From assembly GCA_963817895.1 (NCBI GenBank), contig CAWFQB010000006.1:1-64000 (forward strand): DNA of 64,000 nucleotides, given 5' to 3'. A model generated the notes under the pieces. The model worked only from the letters and a program-made list of their open reading frames with translations. It did not search any database and was not told the origin of the DNA. Positions 61,668 through 64,000 of this stretch are shown here, in pieces. The translations under genes and the position numbers were made by a program. Source of the stretch: an uncultured Chthonomonadaceae bacterium. GTDB taxonomy: Bacteria; Armatimonadota; Chthonomonadetes; Chthonomonadales; Chthonomonadaceae. The first letter of the stretch is position 1. The number at the start of each line of letters is the position of its first letter.

Positions 61668-63356
61668 ATGGACAACGCTGTAACTCCTGTACAGGTTCCT
61701 GACGCTCTGGCAGCCCGGGTAGACCAGATGTTTCCGACGCTGACCCCGGCTCAACTCGCGCGCGTTGAATTGCATGGGCGACAACGTCAGATTCGCAAGG
61801 AGGAGGCGCTGATTGAGCCAGGCGATCAGAATCCGCCGTTTTTCGTGATCACCCGGGGACAGGTGGAAATTGTTCGTTTGTCCGGCAAGACAGCCGATCT
61901 CATTACGACGCATGGACAGGGCGCTTTTACCGGCGAGGTGAACATGCTTTCCGGTCGCCGCTCACTCATCCAGGCGCGCGTTACCGAAGCAGGCGAAGTG
62001 ATCGAAATGGATCGCGAACGCATGTTGGCGCTCGTGCAGACAGACTCGGAACTGGGCGAGATTATCATGCGAGCTTTCATCCTCCGCCGAGTGGGGTTGA
62101 TATCCAACGGGCTTGGGGATGTCGTGCTTGTCGGCTCGATGCAGTGTGGGCATACGCTTCGCGTCAAAGAGTTCCTGACGCGCAACGGCCATCCTTACGC
62201 CTACATGGACCTCGACCAGGAGGCCGATGTTCAGGAGATGCTGGATCGCTTCGGAGTCGGCGTGGGGGACATTCCCGTCCTGATCTGTCGGGGCGAGGTG
62301 GCGCTTCGCAATCCCACTAACGAGCAGATTGCCGACTGCCTGGGCTTCAATGCGGGGATTGATCCGACCTACATCCGCGATGTGGTCATCGTCGGCGCGG
62401 GTCCGGCGGGGCTGGCCGCGGCCGTGTACGCGGCATCCGAAGGTCTGGATGTCCTGGTGCTGGAAACGAACTCGCCGGGCGGGCAGGCCGGTTCAAGCTC
62501 CACGAATTGAAAATTATCTCGGGTTTCCCACTGGCATCTCCGGCCAGGAACTCGCGGGCCGCGCGTACAACCAGGCGCAGAAGTTCGGCGCGCAAATCGC
62601 CATCGCAAAAAGTGCCAGTCGGCTCGTGTGCGCCGAGCAGACCCTACGCGGTCGAAACCGGGAGCGACGCTGCTGTTCCGGCGCGAACGGTTATTATCGC
62701 GACGGGCGCGGAATACCGTAAACTGCCCCTCGATACCCTGTCGCAGTTTGAAGGCGTCGGGGTGTACTACGCGGCGACCTTCATGGAATCACAGGTATGC
62801 GGTGGTGACGAAGTGATCGTGGTGGGCGGCGGAAACTCGGCGGGACAGGCCGCCGTCTTTCTCGCCCGTACAGCAAAACATGTGCATCTGCTTATCCGGT
62901 CGGATGGCCTGGCAGAAAGCATGTCGAAATATTTGATACGGCGCATCGAGGAAACGCCTGCTATCACCCTGCACACGCAGGCGGAAATCACGGCTCTTGA
63001 AGGGGAGAGACATCTGGAATGCGCGTACTGGCGAGACAACGAGACCGGAACGATTACGGGCCACGACATTCGCCATATTTTCGTGATGACAGGAGCCTCT
63101 CCGGCAACGCAATGGCTGGCCGGGTGTGTCATCCTGGACGCAAAAGGGTTCATCAAGACAGGGCCTGACTTATCTCCTGAGGAATTGGCCGCAGCGCGCT
63201 GGCCCCTTACGCGGCCCCCCCCATCTTTTGGAAACGAGCCTGCCCGGAGTGTTCGCGGTCGGCGATATTCGGAGCGGCAACATCAAGCGCGTGGCGTCCG
63301 CCGTAGGCGAGGGGTCTGTGGTGGTCTCCTTCGTTCATCAGGCGCTTAACGAATAA
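61668..63356 (+). CDS. cNMP-binding domain + thioredoxin-reductase-like FAD oxidoreductase (three +1 indels near 62500, 62633, 63220)
   Basis: FPTLT..GAFTGE; GAGPAGLAAAVYAASEGL; IENYLGFPTGISG; GGGNSAGQAA; GVFAVGDIRSG..VASAVGEG. Confidence 0.85.
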
Positions 63357-63437
63357 GAGCCTATCCCGATAGGTTTCCCTTCTCCCAAAGTTGGGAGAAG
63401 GGGTCAGGGGTTGAGGGCCATTTGGGATAGGCTCTTA
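63354..63437. repeat. family B hairpin nested in a 14-bp IR
   Basis: TAAGAGCCTATCCC ... GGGATAGGCTCTTA flanking CCCTTCTCCCAAAGTTGGGAGAAGGGGTCAGGGGTTGAGGG. Confidence 0.7.
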
Positions 63438-63510
63438 GCAGAAGATAACGGGAAGTCCTCCTACCGGGGCATCCGGGCGTAATCTTAAAGAAGACGAAAG
63501 GACATCTGCT

Positions 63511-64000
63511 ATGACGATTGAGAATTGCCGGAACCTCATTATCGGAAGTGGAGAAGCGGGCAAGTACCTGGCCTGGACGCTGGGCAGGCAGGGAGAACAG
63601 GTCATTGTGGTTGAACGCGCTTTAATCGGGGGATCGTGTCCGAACATTGCCTGCCTGCCGAGTAAGAACCTCATTTACAGCGCAAAGGTGGCTGCTCTTG
63701 TCAGCCGCGCGCGCGAATTCGGTATCGAGACGGGGCCGGTGAACGTGAATATGGCCGACGTCATCCGCCGTAAACAGGAGATGGTAGACGGACTGATGCA
63801 ACTGCACGCGAATAACTTCAAAGCCAGCGGAGCGGAGTTGTGGATGGGTACGGCGCGCTTCACCGCTCCCAAAACGGTGCAGGTAACGCTGGCCGATGGC
63901 GAAACGCGGATGCTGCGGGGAGAGCGCATTTTTGTCAATGTCGGCAGCCGCGCCAGCCGCCCCAATGTTCCGGGATTGGCCGAGGCTGAACCGATGACCC
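63511..64000 (+). CDS. class I pyridine nucleotide-disulfide oxidoreductase (mercuric reductase/RclA-like), runs off the window
   Basis: IIGSGEAG; GGSCPNIACLPSK redox disulfide; not in the ORF track because no stop codon lies in the window. Confidence 0.85.
   Translation, partial: MTIENCRNLIIGSGEAGKYLAWTLGRQGEQVIVVERALIGGSCPNIACLPSKNLIYSAKVAALVSRAREFGIETGPVNVNMADVIRRKQEMVDGLMQLHANNFKASGAELWMGTARFTAPKTVQVTLADGETRMLRGERIFVNVGSRASRPNVPGLAEAEPMT

Overview
GC-rich bacterial chromosomal window. The DUF1559/H-X9-DG prepilin locus, ZAS anti-sigma with a large extracytoplasmic domain and AfsR-like regulators suggest Armatimonadota or a similar lineage (inference only). Contents in order: (1) 0-7 kb, small housekeeping/stress genes (sugar isomerase, GNAT, Nudix, HIT, PhyH, osmC, comF-like, uvsE). 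(2) 7-13.2 kb, a large membrane protein and a solitary flhA. (3) 13.6-19.7 kb, a thioredoxin-like gene with an in-frame TGA at its redox site (UxxC, probable selenoprotein), divergent from a LacI - prepilin - lipoprotein - GH74 locus. (4) 19.9-34.3 kb, nitroreductase, maeB, an orphan Sdh-type membrane anchor, and a hopanoid operon (hpnH, hpnA, ispH, hpnG-like) continuing into TolC-MFP-RND. (5) 34.3-41 kb, toxin-antitoxin genes and remnants, a CxCH cytochrome c and an ECF sigma/anti-sigma pair. (6) 41.1-64 kb, an island after an ISAzo13-like remnant with two paralogous SARP/BTAD-NB-ARC-TPR regulators. Each is divergent from a redox/detox operon, and both share a conserved promoter with CGGAAYG direct repeats 22 bp apart. 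This island also holds a second, 56-aa candidate selenoprotein. Several families of short-period hairpin repeats fill intergenic spaces and also sit in frame inside genes. More than a dozen small indels, mostly in homopolymers, are probably sequencing errors. All family assignments come from motif recognition by eye; no searches were run.
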